Source of the DNA: an uncultured virus (IMG/VR IMGVR_UViG_3300044645_000935)
Taxonomy: Duplodnaviria > Heunggongvirae > Uroviricota > Caudoviricetes > Crassvirales
Reading direction: 5' to 3' (one strand)
Virus record (IMG/VR): IMGVR_UViG_3300044645_000935
Length of the DNA: 64,000 bases
A program made the translations under genes and the position numbers. Shown piece after piece: positions 17,150 through 28,259 of the stretch (the stretch's first letter is position 1; every line of letters begins with the position of its first letter). The notes under the pieces were generated by a model. It had not been told where the DNA came from and made no database searches. It saw only the letters and a list, made by a program, of their open reading frames with translations.

Positions 17150-18244
17150 ATGGAATTGAAAGTAAGAGCACTAGACGTAATCGAACCAAAAGGGGTTCGA
17201 GAGTTAGAGAATGAATTAGTTGAGAAACATGAGCAGTCACTAAATAGTGACAACAACGAATATGCATCTGAAGGTGCAGTTCCCGTTGAAGATTCTGAGG
17301 CTGCTGAGTTTAATTTCAAAGATGAGGATGTTCTCTCATATATTGGTAAAAGATATAATAAGCAGATTAATTCATTGGATGATTTGGTTGCTGAGCGTCA
17401 AAACTCCGAACAATTGCCTGAAGATGTAGCTGCTTATTTGAAATACAAAAAAGAAACAGGTAGAGGATTTGAGGATTTCTTGCAATTGAAGAAAGACTTT
17501 GATTCAATGAATCCCGATGACCTACTTAAAAATTACCTTACTGCCACTCAAGAAGGATTGGATAGTGAGGATATTGAGGCTTTAATGGATGAGTATTCAT
17601 ACGATGAAGATTTGGATGATGAATCAACTATTAAGAAAGCCAAAATAGCTAGAAAGAAAATTATTGCTGAAGCTAAAAAGTACTTCAACAATCAGAAGGA
17701 AAAATATAAGCTCCCGCTTGAGTCAAGTACGGGGTTTGTTTCCGATGAAGAGAAGGAGTTGTACGAAAGCTACAAGCAGTATGTTCAAGAGGCTAAGACT
17801 ATCGAAGAGGAGACGAATCGAAAGCGTAGATGGTTTGACCAAAAGACAGATGAGGTCTTTAGTAAAGACTTCAAAGGATTTGAGTTCAATGTCAACGATA
17901 AAAGAATCTCGTTTTCTCCGGGTGATGCTAATGAGTTGAAAAGACTTCAGGCTACTCCCCAAAACTTTATTAACAAGTTTTTGGACGAGAGCGGAATGAT
18001 TAAGGACGCAGCAGGTTATCACAGGTCACTAGCCGTAGCAATGAACCCTGAAAAGTTTGCCAAGTTCTTCTACGAGCAAGGCATGGCTGATGCTACTGAT
18101 GACGTTACACGTAAAATCAAAAACATCAACATGACTGAGCGTAGAGCTCCTGAAGTAGGCAAGCCAACAGGAGGAATGCAGGTGAGAGCGGTAAACCCTG
18201 ATTCAGGTAGAAACCTGAAAATCCGCAGCGCAAAAAAAATGTAA
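17150..18244 (+). CDS. Probable scaffolding protein
   Basis: Acidic, helical; between portal and capsid. Confidence 0.65.
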   Translation: MELKVRALDVIEPKGVRELENELVEKHEQSLNSDNNEYASEGAVPVEDSEAAEFNFKDEDVLSYIGKRYNKQINSLDDLVAERQNSEQLPEDVAAYLKYKKETGRGFEDFLQLKKDFDSMNPDDLLKNYLTATQEGLDSEDIEALMDEYSYDEDLDDESTIKKAKIARKKIIAEAKKYFNNQKEKYKLPLESSTGFVSDEEKELYESYKQYVQEAKTIEEETNRKRRWFDQKTDEVFSKDFKGFEFNVNDKRISFSPGDANELKRLQATPQNFINKFLDESGMIKDAAGYHRSLAVAMNPEKFAKFFYEQGMADATDDVTRKIKNINMTERRAPEVGKPTGGMQVRAVNPDSGRNLKIRSAKKM

Positions 18245-18264
18245 AACTTAAAAACTAAAAAACA

Positions 18265-19683
18265 ATGGCAAGTGCTTTATTGGCGAATCCTACCTACCAA
18301 TTGCAGCCAAGTGCTGAACAGGTGGCTTTGCAAACCAACTACATTACCAACTTCAACTTCTTGAATCAGTATCTTCCTGATACTTACGAGAAAGAATTTG
18401 AGCGTTATGGTAACAGAACCATCGCTTCTTTCCTACGAATGGTAGGAGCTGAGATGCCTTCTAACTCTGACCAAATCAAATGGGCTGAACAAGGCCGTTT
18501 GCACATTAAGTACACCAACGTAACTTCAGCTGCTGCTGCAGGTTCCGCTACAGCTACTTTCACAGTTGCTGACTCAGGTGTTACTTACATCGCAATCCGT
18601 GTTGGTCAAACTGTAATGATTCAGAACAACACTTCAGGTGTGTTCAACAAGGCAATCGTTACTGCTGTACCTTCTGCTACTACCTTCACTGTTGCTTTCT
18701 ACGAAGCTGCAGGTCAGGCTTTCGCAGTATCTACTCAGTGTACTGTATTCATCTACGGTTCTGAGTTTAAGAAAGGAACTAACGGAATGGTTGGTTCTTT
18801 GGAATCTGAAGACGAAATCTTCTCTAATAACCCTATTATCATCAAAGATAAGTATGCGGTTAACGGTTCTGACATGGCTCAAATCGGTTGGGTTGAGGTT
18901 ACTACCGAGAATGGTGCTACAGGTTATTTGTGGTATTTGAAGTCTGAGCACGAGACTCGTCTTCGTTTCGAAGATTATCTTGAGACTGCAATGATTGAAG
19001 CAGTTCCTGCTGCTACAGGTTCAGGTGCTAAAGTTGCCGGAATGATGGGTTCTGAAGGTATCTTCTATGTTGTTAACAACAGAGGTAACGTATGGGGCGG
19101 TGGAACTCCAACCACTCTTTCTGATTGGGATACTATCGTTTCTCGTCTTGACAAGCAAGGAGCTATCGAAGAGAACGTAATCTTCGTTAACCGTGGATTG
19201 TCTTTCGACATCGACAATATGTTGGCTCAGTTGAACGGATATACCTCAGGTGGTGTAGCTCAGTCTGCATCCTTCGGTTTGTTCGACAACGATGTTGACA
19301 TGGCGTTGAACCTTGGATTCACAGGATTCCGTAGAGGTTATGACTTCTACAAGTCTGATTGGAAGTACTTGAACGACCCAACTATGCGTGGTGGTCTTAA
19401 CACTACTGCTGCTACTGCTACCGGTACTATCACAGGTTTGATGGTTCCTGCAGGTTCCACTTCTGTGTATGACCAAATCATGGGTAAGAACGCTAAGCGT
19501 CCATTCTTGCACGTACGTTATAGAGCTTCTGAAGCTGAAGACAGACGTTACAAGACTTGGATTACAGGTTCTGCAGGTGGCGCAGCTACTAGCGACCTTG
19601 ATGCAATGGAGGTTAACTTCCTATCTGAGCGTTGTGTTTGTACCTTGGGTGCTAACAACTTCGTATTGTTCAGATACGGATGA
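18265..19683 (+). CDS. Major capsid protein
   Basis: Position, size, strong high-expression codon bias, followed by terminator. Confidence 0.85.
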   Translation: MASALLANPTYQLQPSAEQVALQTNYITNFNFLNQYLPDTYEKEFERYGNRTIASFLRMVGAEMPSNSDQIKWAEQGRLHIKYTNVTSAAAAGSATATFTVADSGVTYIAIRVGQTVMIQNNTSGVFNKAIVTAVPSATTFTVAFYEAAGQAFAVSTQCTVFIYGSEFKKGTNGMVGSLESEDEIFSNNPIIIKDKYAVNGSDMAQIGWVEVTTENGATGYLWYLKSEHETRLRFEDYLETAMIEAVPAATGSGAKVAGMMGSEGIFYVVNNRGNVWGGGTPTTLSDWDTIVSRLDKQGAIEENVIFVNRGLSFDIDNMLAQLNGYTSGGVAQSASFGLFDNDVDMALNLGFTGFRRGYDFYKSDWKYLNDPTMRGGLNTTAATATGTITGLMVPAGSTSVYDQIMGKNAKRPFLHVRYRASEAEDRRYKTWITGSAGGAATSDLDAMEVNFLSERCVCTLGANNFVLFRYG

Positions 19684-19696
19684 TAAGTAAATAGAT

Positions 19697-19729
19697 GGGG
19701 GGTGTCTTTAAAGACACTCTCCTCTTTTT
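19697..19729 (+). terminator. Intrinsic terminator
   Basis: GGGGGGTGTCTT-TA-AAGACACTCTCC then T run. Confidence 0.8.
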
Positions 19730-19761
19730 AAAATTAAGAATCGAATTAAATCAAATAACAA

Positions 19762-20502
19762 ATGGCAAAGAATATCCCTGTAGACAAGGTCTACAAATTA
19801 AAAAACGGCACACCACTTTCTTATACTCTAGCATCTAGAAACCACCCAAGATTCCCCCTTATGTGGTTTGATGAGAAGAACAATGTTAATAGAGCATTGA
19901 GATACGCTACAAATCAAAAGTCTCCTTTTGAGGATGAGCAAGACGGAAACGCAATTATTGAGCCTATCATTTTTGAAGACGGCTTCTTGAGAGTTCCAAA
20001 AAATAATCCTGTACTACAACAGTTTCTACACTATCACCCATTGAATGGCGTAGTGTTCTCTGAGGTTGACAAAGAGAAAGAAGCAGCTGAAGAGGTTGAG
20101 GATTTGAATCTAGAAGTTGAAGCTTTGATTGAAGCTAGACAACTAAGCATTGACCAAATTGAAACTCTTACTAGAGTAATGTTTGGCAAAGACCCATCAA
20201 CTGTGTCTACCGCTGAGCTAAAGCGTGACATCTTGGTCTTTGCTAAGACTGACCCTAGAGAGTTCTTAAACATATTGAATGACCCTGAGTTAAAGTTCCA
20301 AGCCAAGGTTAGGATGTTCTTTGAGAACAAGCTGTTGGTATTGAGAAACAATGACAAGGAGATTTGGTTTAACACAGCAACTAACAAAAAGAAGATGATG
20401 TCTGTCCCTTACGGTGAAGACCCTTACGAAATGGCAGGAGGATTCTTGCAGAGTGATGAGGGAATCGACTCATTGAAGATGTTAGAAGCAATCTTATCTT
20501 AA
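19762..20502 (+). CDS. Conserved hypothetical protein downstream of capsid
   Basis: Long ORF with A-rich leader. Confidence 0.85.
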   Translation: MAKNIPVDKVYKLKNGTPLSYTLASRNHPRFPLMWFDEKNNVNRALRYATNQKSPFEDEQDGNAIIEPIIFEDGFLRVPKNNPVLQQFLHYHPLNGVVFSEVDKEKEAAEEVEDLNLEVEALIEARQLSIDQIETLTRVMFGKDPSTVSTAELKRDILVFAKTDPREFLNILNDPELKFQAKVRMFFENKLLVLRNNDKEIWFNTATNKKKMMSVPYGEDPYEMAGGFLQSDEGIDSLKMLEAILS

Positions 20503-20524
20503 AATGATTGATTGATTGGTTAAT

Positions 20525-20555
20525 AAGGGGGGCATTGATATGCCTCCTTTTTTTT
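20525..20555 (+). terminator. Intrinsic terminator
   Basis: AAGGGGGGCAT-TGAT-ATGCCTCCTT then T run. Confidence 0.8.
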
Positions 20556-20558
20556 GTT

Positions 20559-20566
20559 TATATTTG
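20559..20566 (+). promoter_or_regulatory. Bacteroidota -7 promoter element
   Basis: TATATTTG upstream of 20582. Confidence 0.55.
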
Positions 20567-20581
20567 TAAAAAGGCGAAAAA

Positions 20582-21520
20582 ATGATAAACTCTGTTAGGA
20601 ATACGGTACTATCCGTTTTGAACAAGAACAACTACGGCTACATTTCCCCGTCAGATTTTAATTTGTTTGCGGCAAATGCACAGATGCAAATCTTTGAGGA
20701 GTATTTCGACAGCTATAACAAAGTTATAAATGCCGAGAATGCTAGAATGGCAGGCACAGATTATGCTGATTTAGAGCAGCCAATGTCTGAGACAATTGAA
20801 ACATTTCTTAGGACAGATTACTTGACTAAAATTTCTGCTAATAAATTCTCAGCTCCATCACTTACCACTACAGGATTTAATTCTTACTATATTTTAGATG
20901 TTGTATGTAAGCCTGTGATTTTAGCTATAGGTACAAACACATCAGTATCGTCAGGTCAGCTAGTAAATACAGCAGGAGCATTCTTGTCTAAAGGAATTGT
21001 TCCCGGGGATATTGTCACCAATCTTACTACAGGATTGGTATCTGTGGTTGTATCAGTATTGAATAATACAACTATTCAACTAGAGTCAAACATATTCTTG
21101 GCATCAGGTAATTCCTATGGAATATTTTCATCTGCATCTTTGGTTGAGGCTGAGAAGGTGAGCAATGGAAATATTAATTTGTTGAACAACTCAAATCTTA
21201 CCGCTCCTACAATTCAGTTTCCTGCTTACACATTGAAGGGAGATGTTATTACGATTTATCCTACATCTATTCAAAATAAGGGTCAGGTTGAATGTACATA
21301 CTTTAGATTTCCTAAAACGCCAAAATGGACTTACCTTACTTTGTCTAGCGGAGAACCTGTATTTGACCAATCACAGTCCGATTATCAGGATTTTGAATTA
21401 CCACAGGAAGACGAATACAAATTAGTAACTAGAATATTGCAGTACTGCGGGGTGTCAATTAGAGAAACTGAGGTTACTCAGTTTAGTATGGCAAAAGAAC
21501 AGCAGGAGGAAAATCCATAA
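20582..21520 (+). CDS. Probable head-tail adaptor / tail tubular protein
   Basis: Position; YFRFPKTPKW and FELP motifs. Confidence 0.6.
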   Translation: MINSVRNTVLSVLNKNNYGYISPSDFNLFAANAQMQIFEEYFDSYNKVINAENARMAGTDYADLEQPMSETIETFLRTDYLTKISANKFSAPSLTTTGFNSYYILDVVCKPVILAIGTNTSVSSGQLVNTAGAFLSKGIVPGDIVTNLTTGLVSVVVSVLNNTTIQLESNIFLASGNSYGIFSSASLVEAEKVSNGNINLLNNSNLTAPTIQFPAYTLKGDVITIYPTSIQNKGQVECTYFRFPKTPKWTYLTLSSGEPVFDQSQSDYQDFELPQEDEYKLVTRILQYCGVSIRETEVTQFSMAKEQQEENP

Positions 21521-21531
21521 ACAATTAAGAC

Positions 21532-22455
21532 ATGGCATACATATCACAGTATCAATACTACGAAAACAATGGAGCTTCTCCTGAGAATGAAAATTGGGGG
21601 TCTTATCAATATGTAAGTCTTCAGGACATTGTCAACAATTTTATGTTGATGTATGCAGGAAACCATTCATTGGTAAACAACGAGGAGCGATACAAAATAT
21701 TGTTTCACGCAAAGCGTGCTATTCAAGAGCTTAACTATGATGCATTCAAGGAGGTTAAGGTTCTTCAGCTTACAGTTCCTGAAAACCTGATATTTGTTTT
21801 ACCATCTGACTATGTCAATTGGGTTAGGATATCTATGTACAAGGACGGATGGCTTAGACCTTTGACTGAAAACATTCAGACATTGTCTTCTATTGCTTAC
21901 CTTCAGGACAACAATGGTCGTATTATTTTTGATGAAGAAGGAAATGCTTTATCCCCTGAGTACTCTAGCATGGTATATGATAACATTACCAAGATTAAGA
22001 AGAGTATCTACCTAAACAAAGACAATCAATTTGATGGCAATGAAGGGTGGAACTACGATGGTATGTGGTACTTTGAAGGAAACATTGGTGCAGCTTATGG
22101 ACTAGATACTGAGACCGCAAACTTTAATCCTACTTTCAACATCAATAGAAAGGCAGGAGTGATTAACTTTGATTCACCTATGGCGGGTCAGCAATGTGTT
22201 CTTGAATACATTTCTGATGGAATGGAGCAAGGAGATAATTCTAAGATTACCGTTAATAAGTTATTTGAAAAGTACATTTATGCTTACATTCAGTATGAAA
22301 TTCTGAATAGCAAGCTAGGAGTTCAAGAATATATTGTGGCACGTGCTCGAAAGGAAAAGTCAGCATTGCTTAGAAATGCAAAGATTAGAATAAGCAACAT
22401 CCATCCCGGAAGATTGTTGATGAACTTGAGAGGATTAGACAAGCAAATTAAATAA
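21532..22455 (+). CDS. Probable tail tubular/structural protein
   Basis: LPSDYVNWVRIS motif typical of adaptor-type proteins; position. Confidence 0.6.
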   Translation: MAYISQYQYYENNGASPENENWGSYQYVSLQDIVNNFMLMYAGNHSLVNNEERYKILFHAKRAIQELNYDAFKEVKVLQLTVPENLIFVLPSDYVNWVRISMYKDGWLRPLTENIQTLSSIAYLQDNNGRIIFDEEGNALSPEYSSMVYDNITKIKKSIYLNKDNQFDGNEGWNYDGMWYFEGNIGAAYGLDTETANFNPTFNINRKAGVINFDSPMAGQQCVLEYISDGMEQGDNSKITVNKLFEKYIYAYIQYEILNSKLGVQEYIVARARKEKSALLRNAKIRISNIHPGRLLMNLRGLDKQIK

Positions 22456-22456
22456 G

Positions 22457-25400
22457 ATGGTAAAGATTAGCAGAAGCTTCACGGCAGGGAGGATGAATAA
22501 AGTCTATGACGAAAGAGTCATCCCTGATGGAGAATACATTGATGCCATGAATGTTCGGATGGGTTCCACGGAACAATCTGAGATTGGTGTAATTGAGAAC
22601 ACTAAAGGCAACTTGCCTTTGACTGCATTGTCATATATTGATGGTACTCCACTTAGTGCTTCTGCTAGATGTATTGGTGCAATTGAGAACAGCTTTACTG
22701 AAACTATTTATTGGTTTGTTCACGACCCTAATTTTCCTGTAGGTGCTACAGGTAAGCTAGACTTGATAGTATCGTTTGACGTTAGCACCAAGATATTGAC
22801 ATACCATGTTATTTCAATTAACGATGGTGGTGGTATTAATACCACTTTGAATTTCAATCCGAACTATTTGATTACAGGGGTAGATATCTTGGACAACAAG
22901 TTGTTGTTTTTCACAGATGATTACAATGCTCCACGATTTATAAATGTTACTAGAAACTATCCTAACCCCATATCAAACATTGATGAGGTTAGTGCTGAGT
23001 CTCTATTGGTGATTAAGAAGCCACCTGTAGAGTCTCCCGCTGTACAGCCAATTGTAAACAATGGTCAAGAGAATTATTTAGAAACTAGATTTATTTGCTT
23101 TGCATACAGATATAAATATGAAGACGGTGAATATAGTGCAACTTCTCAATGGTCTGCTCCTGCTTTTGCTCCTAAGCCTTTTAGTTTTAGTACTGACAGT
23201 TTCTTAAATGAGGGGATGACCAACTTCTTTAACTCTGCAATTATCACATATAATTCAGGGGGACCATTAGTAGTTGGAATTGACCTATTGTTTAAGAAAG
23301 CTGATGGTAATATCATCCGTGTAATTGAGAAGCTAGATAAGCAGAACTTAGGATTGATTGATAACACAGATTATCAATACACATTTACAAACAGCAAGAT
23401 ATTTACAATCTTGTCTGAGTCAGAACTGCTAAGACTGTACGATAACGTACCTCGATTTGCAAAGGCTCAGACTATCATGGGTAACCGATTAATGTACGGT
23501 AACTATGTAGAAGGGTATGACCTTATTGATGATGTCGGTGAGCCACTAATGTTTGAATATCAAACATCATTGGTTTCTTCTGATATTGGGCTTACTACAA
23601 CGGATACAACTGTCTCTTCAGGCAACTATTCTATTGATGGAGCACTATCAATAGCTGACTCAGTTGTATACATTGATTTAGATGGTAAGGATTTGAATGA
23701 AGGCTCTGCATTTAGTTTAGAAATAACTTTAATGCATGGTCAATTTTCAGGAGACACTCCTTTCCCTACTGAGACTACTGAAAATGTCAGACTAGAATTT
23801 GCATTTTTCTTATCAAAGAGCTATAACTCTGTATATGAGTTAGCTACTAGTGTAGAGTTTCAAGAAGCTATAGGAACAGCTTTTAACATTGAGCCATTGG
23901 CTAACGCTTGTAATGGTATCACATTTACAGACCAATTCAATTGTGCTATCCCAAATAACTTGGGAACCTTGAATAAGGTAGGTAGTGGTATTGCTACGCT
24001 TAATCAGCCTATAGCTATATTTACTTCTCCTGCTAGTAATCAAATTGGTTTGCAGATTCCTGCGATGAAATTTGTAGATAACCCTACAACTCCAACTCAG
24101 GAGGTATATGAGTACTACAATATTTCATTTGCTCAAGCTACATTTCAAGAGATTGCCAATACTCAAAGCCTTCATAGCAATAGAGACTATGAGATTGGTA
24201 TTGTCTATATGGATGATTTTAACAGGGCTACAACAGCTTTAGTTAGTCCTAACAATACTGAGCACATCCCATGCGGATTGTCCTCTAAGAAGAACTCTAT
24301 ATATGTCACAATACCTCCTCAGCAAAGACCTCCTTATTGGGCTACTAGATACAAATTTGTAATCAAGCCTGATGAAGCTAATTATGAAACAATCTATTGC
24401 AGCATATTCTTTGAGGACCCTGAAAGTAATAATGCTTACTTCCTGTTGGAAGGAGAGAATTCTAGAAAGGTTGAGGTAGGAGATAGATTAATAGTTAAGG
24501 CAGATTCTGAAGGTCCTACTGCAAATTGCGTGTATGCTACTGTTCTTGAGAAATCATCTCAAGCTTCAGGGTTTATTGAGATTCCAAGTCAGGATGACCC
24601 AACGGTTTTGATTCCTGTACCTGCAGGAGTATATGTTAAGATTAATCCAAACAGCTTTAATATTGTTAAGGAAGAAAATACCATTGTGGCTCCGGGGACT
24701 ATTACGGTAAAAGAAAAGCAAGGAGGAGATTATCCTATCTTGTTTTATCCAATGAACGTATTTAATGGTACTACTTGGGTTGATTACGATGTTCCTGCAG
24801 GAAGTAGAATTGTAATGTCAATAAAGCAGTTTAGAGCAGGAGCAAATAAAGCGTGTGAAGAAAGACGTTATACTCTTGAAAAAACTTTTGTATCTGCAAA
24901 CTCATACGATAATATGTATGATTGGTTTGTTGGTGAAAATATTGAGCAATATTTAAATGATGGGATAAAAATTGTAGGTGATGATGCTTGTGAAATTCAA
25001 AATGTTTTTGAAGGTTTTACGGACATAACTCCTCCAACTATTTCTACATCTGTATGTACAAACTATTATAAGTTTTATAGAAATACGACAACCAATCAAC
25101 TTTCTTTGATGGTGACAGGAACCGAGTCTTGTACAGGAGCAGGATTAAAGCCAAGAAACAGAGACTCAAATGTTCAGGTAAACATCACTGTCTTTAGAGC
25201 AGACAATGTTATTATCTTTGAAACTCAACCATCTGATGCTTTGCCTGATGTGTTCTTTGAGAATGATTTGTCATTCCCTATTGTTAATGGGAATCACTAT
25301 GGCAACATTCAAAATCAAGACATCAATACTAACGTACCTGCAATTATCGATACCAAGTTCTTTAACTGCTTTGCATTTGGTAATGGAGCTGAGAGCTACA

Positions 25401-26947
25401 AGATTCGTGACTCAATTATTGGAGCTCAGTTTAATCTTGGTAACAGAGTAACTAGTGTTTCAACTCAAGACTATAAAGCGGCAGATAGATATTCTGACAT
25501 CACCTATAGTGGTGTATATAGCGCAGAATCAAATGTCAATAAATTAAATGAGTTCAACCTTGGCTTATTAAATTACAAAGTTCTTGAGCCATCATTTGGA
25601 GACATCTATGTTTTGGATGGTAGAGAAACTGACGTCCTAGTTTTACAGGAAGATAAGATTTCTTACGTACTAGCAAGCAAGAACTTGATATCTGACTCCA
25701 CAGGTGGTGGTGTTATCTCTTCTGTACCTGAGGTATTGGGTACACAGATTGCAAGAACAGAGAAGTATGGTATCAGCTTTAACCCTGAGAGCTATGTTCA
25801 ATGGGGATTCAATAGATTCTTTACAGATGTAAAGAGAGGAGCTGTTATTCAGATGGTAGGTAATTCTACAGGTAGTGACCAATTGGCTGTCATTTCAGAA
25901 TTAGGTATGCGTACTTGGTTTAGAGATGAGTTCAACAGGTCTTATGCTACACAAAAGCTTGGTGGGTTTGACCCATATATGAATGAATATGTGTTGTCTA
26001 CTAATGATATTGATTTGCCTTTGAATCCTGAGTGCTTGGCTTGTGGCGTACTTCAGACATTTACTCTTAGTACAGTAGCTGCAGAGACTAAGACATTCCA
26101 ATATTGTGTAGACTTGGGACCTATTGTTGGTTCATCAGACATTGACTATACTGTTAATACAATTAGTGCAGGGGCTTCATTCAAGATTACTGTAAATTAC
26201 AATGGAACAAATTACACGTCAGGTACTGTAACAACTAGCGGAAGCCTAACGATTGCTAAGAATAACATATCTGTTGAAACTGCTACAGTGACGATAGAAT
26301 ATACAGGAGATATTTCTCTTTCTATTCTTGCAGGATGTACCACGGTAAATGGTCTTACAATTGTTCAGGTAGTTGTTACCAACAACTTTGAAGCAGGTCA
26401 GACTATTCATACTGAGTACAGATATACCAATGGAACCTATAACTCTCCATTGCAATCTGTGCTTACTACCTTTGCTACATCTTCAAACAATCCATTGGTA
26501 TCTAGATACAGTTCATTGACAGGACCTGTAGGGTCAGGAGCATTCCCTCCTGTAGGAAGTACTCTTAGAATCATAGCAAATAAATTCTCAACAGATACAT
26601 TTGTATTTAATCCTGCTACTGACAAGTTCAAGTACTTGATGACTAATACATTTTATCCTAACACTCCTGCTACCATTAGCACGCTTTTGGGATTAGCTAC
26701 TACGGCAACACCAAATCAAGGGGGAGGAAATAATAATTATGCTCAGTTTACAGTTCCTGCTTTGCAAGATTACTTGTATCTTATTTGGGATTTCAGAGAT
26801 TCATCACCAATAGAATTATGTTATTCAAGTACAACTCCATTTGATGCTTGTTGCGGCTGTGAGCCTACACCTGCACCTCCAACAGTATTATGTTATTCAA
26901 CCACAAGTAGCCTAGACGCTTGTTGCGGCTGCGAAGAACCTTCCTAA
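22457..26947 (+). CDS. Tail stabilisation / nozzle protein (P22 gp10-like role)
   Basis: FTAGRMNK..GEYIDAMN N-terminus, NRLMYGNY, YEIGIVY; 1496 aa. Confidence 0.7.
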   Translation: MVKISRSFTAGRMNKVYDERVIPDGEYIDAMNVRMGSTEQSEIGVIENTKGNLPLTALSYIDGTPLSASARCIGAIENSFTETIYWFVHDPNFPVGATGKLDLIVSFDVSTKILTYHVISINDGGGINTTLNFNPNYLITGVDILDNKLLFFTDDYNAPRFINVTRNYPNPISNIDEVSAESLLVIKKPPVESPAVQPIVNNGQENYLETRFICFAYRYKYEDGEYSATSQWSAPAFAPKPFSFSTDSFLNEGMTNFFNSAIITYNSGGPLVVGIDLLFKKADGNIIRVIEKLDKQNLGLIDNTDYQYTFTNSKIFTILSESELLRLYDNVPRFAKAQTIMGNRLMYGNYVEGYDLIDDVGEPLMFEYQTSLVSSDIGLTTTDTTVSSGNYSIDGALSIADSVVYIDLDGKDLNEGSAFSLEITLMHGQFSGDTPFPTETTENVRLEFAFFLSKSYNSVYELATSVEFQEAIGTAFNIEPLANACNGITFTDQFNCAIPNNLGTLNKVGSGIATLNQPIAIFTSPASNQIGLQIPAMKFVDNPTTPTQEVYEYYNISFAQATFQEIANTQSLHSNRDYEIGIVYMDDFNRATTALVSPNNTEHIPCGLSSKKNSIYVTIPPQQRPPYWATRYKFVIKPDEANYETIYCSIFFEDPESNNAYFLLEGENSRKVEVGDRLIVKADSEGPTANCVYATVLEKSSQASGFIEIPSQDDPTVLIPVPAGVYVKINPNSFNIVKEENTIVAPGTITVKEKQGGDYPILFYPMNVFNGTTWVDYDVPAGSRIVMSIKQFRAGANKACEERRYTLEKTFVSANSYDNMYDWFVGENIEQYLNDGIKIVGDDACEIQNVFEGFTDITPPTISTSVCTNYYKFYRNTTTNQLSLMVTGTESCTGAGLKPRNRDSNVQVNITVFRADNVIIFETQPSDALPDVFFENDLSFPIVNGNHYGNIQNQDINTNVPAIIDTKFFNCFAFGNGAESYKIRDSIIGAQFNLGNRVTSVSTQDYKAADRYSDITYSGVYSAESNVNKLNEFNLGLLNYKVLEPSFGDIYVLDGRETDVLVLQEDKISYVLASKNLISDSTGGGVISSVPEVLGTQIARTEKYGISFNPESYVQWGFNRFFTDVKRGAVIQMVGNSTGSDQLAVISELGMRTWFRDEFNRSYATQKLGGFDPYMNEYVLSTNDIDLPLNPECLACGVLQTFTLSTVAAETKTFQYCVDLGPIVGSSDIDYTVNTISAGASFKITVNYNGTNYTSGTVTTSGSLTIAKNNISVETATVTIEYTGDISLSILAGCTTVNGLTIVQVVVTNNFEAGQTIHTEYRYTNGTYNSPLQSVLTTFATSSNNPLVSRYSSLTGPVGSGAFPPVGSTLRIIANKFSTDTFVFNPATDKFKYLMTNTFYPNTPATISTLLGLATTATPNQGGGNNNYAQFTVPALQDYLYLIWDFRDSSPIELCYSSTTPFDACCGCEPTPAPPTVLCYSTTSSLDACCGCEEPS

Positions 26948-26948
26948 T

Positions 26949-27428
26949 ATGGCAACATCATCAACATTTTATTTAAACGGCCCATCTCTTGCTTCTGCGA
27001 CAGCAGTATACACAAATGCTTCGTTAACAACGCTCGCACCTAACGGGTATTATTCTGACGGTACCATTGTTAGACAGCAGTCATCGGGCTCTTTATTACC
27101 TCAAAGCACTTGTCCGTCTTGTGCACCTACTCAGTCTTTCACCATATACTTTGATGTGACAACTAGTCCTAATACATACGGATGGAGTAACTCATCGGCT
27201 GCTTGTGCAGGCACAGGTACTCCTTTGACGGTGTACATCATTGGTACTGCAACTGATTTGTATGATGCAGTTGTGACTCAAGGTAAAGCTCTGTACATAA
27301 ACTCAACTACAACTACACTTCTTGATGGCAACAACACTTGGTATAAGACTGTTTCTGCTCCTGCAAGCGGTCAAAGTTTTCAGGTAGGTACATCAGGAGA
27401 TACATCATCATGGGGAGGTCCTTGTTAA
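26949..27428 (+). CDS. Putative structural protein
   Basis: Thr/Ser-rich; APNGYYSDG motif. Confidence 0.7.
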   Translation: MATSSTFYLNGPSLASATAVYTNASLTTLAPNGYYSDGTIVRQQSSGSLLPQSTCPSCAPTQSFTIYFDVTTSPNTYGWSNSSAACAGTGTPLTVYIIGTATDLYDAVVTQGKALYINSTTTTLLDGNNTWYKTVSAPASGQSFQVGTSGDTSSWGGPC

Positions 27429-27431
27429 GAT

Positions 27432-28238
27432 ATGGCAAACTATACACTAACATATAGCGAAGGAGCCCCGGGGTGGGTTTCCTTCTATTCCTTTTATCCT
27501 GATTGGATGATAGGGATGAACAACTATTTCTATACGTTTAAGGGTGGTGACTTGTATAGACACAATGTTAATGAGCAAAGAAATACATTCTATAGTGCTT
27601 GGCATATAAAGAATGGTACACCAAATGACGACTTTGTTCCTACTAAAGTTCAGAGCGTATTTAATGTGTCTCCGTTAGAGAACAAGCTATTCAAGACAAT
27701 AGATTTGCAGGGAGATGCGGCTTGGTCTGCTTCACTTTATACTGACCTTCAGTTTTCAGGGTTTATTCAATCATCTTGGTTTGAGAAAAAAGAAGCAACT
27801 TGGTTTGCTTTTGTTAGAAACAATACCACGGGAGAGCTGAAGATTAGAAGTACAAGTGGTATAGGTAAAAGCAATCAGGTAGTAGGAGGGAATGTAGTTA
27901 AGTTCTCATTGAACGTATCACTTGGAAACATTATGAGTGTTGGTGATTTGTTATACTTCTTAACACCACCTTATTCAGGTCAGCCGCTTTTAGCAGGAAA
28001 AATCACAGCGATAACCGTTGACTTTCCAAATGGAATTAATCAAATTACTATTGATACAACTATACCCGGGACAGTTCCTATACCAATTCAGGACGCATAC
28101 TTCTTGTATACTAAGAACTCAGTAGCTGAGTCTCATGGAGTGCTCGGACACTACTGCGTATTTACTGTTGAGAACGGAGATGATACCAAAGTAGAGTTGT
28201 TTGCTGTTGAGTCTGACGTGATGAAAAGTTTCCCTTAA
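27432..28238 (+). CDS. Putative tail protein
   Basis: GWVSFYSFYPDWM, KLFKTI motifs; position. Confidence 0.7.
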   Translation: MANYTLTYSEGAPGWVSFYSFYPDWMIGMNNYFYTFKGGDLYRHNVNEQRNTFYSAWHIKNGTPNDDFVPTKVQSVFNVSPLENKLFKTIDLQGDAAWSASLYTDLQFSGFIQSSWFEKKEATWFAFVRNNTTGELKIRSTSGIGKSNQVVGGNVVKFSLNVSLGNIMSVGDLLYFLTPPYSGQPLLAGKITAITVDFPNGINQITIDTTIPGTVPIPIQDAYFLYTKNSVAESHGVLGHYCVFTVENGDDTKVELFAVESDVMKSFP

Positions 28239-28244
28239 AATTAA

Positions 28245-28252
28245 TATCTTTG
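28245..28252 (+). promoter_or_regulatory. Bacteroidota -7 promoter element
   Basis: TATCTTTG intergenic. Confidence 0.55.
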
Positions 28253-28259
28253 TTATAGC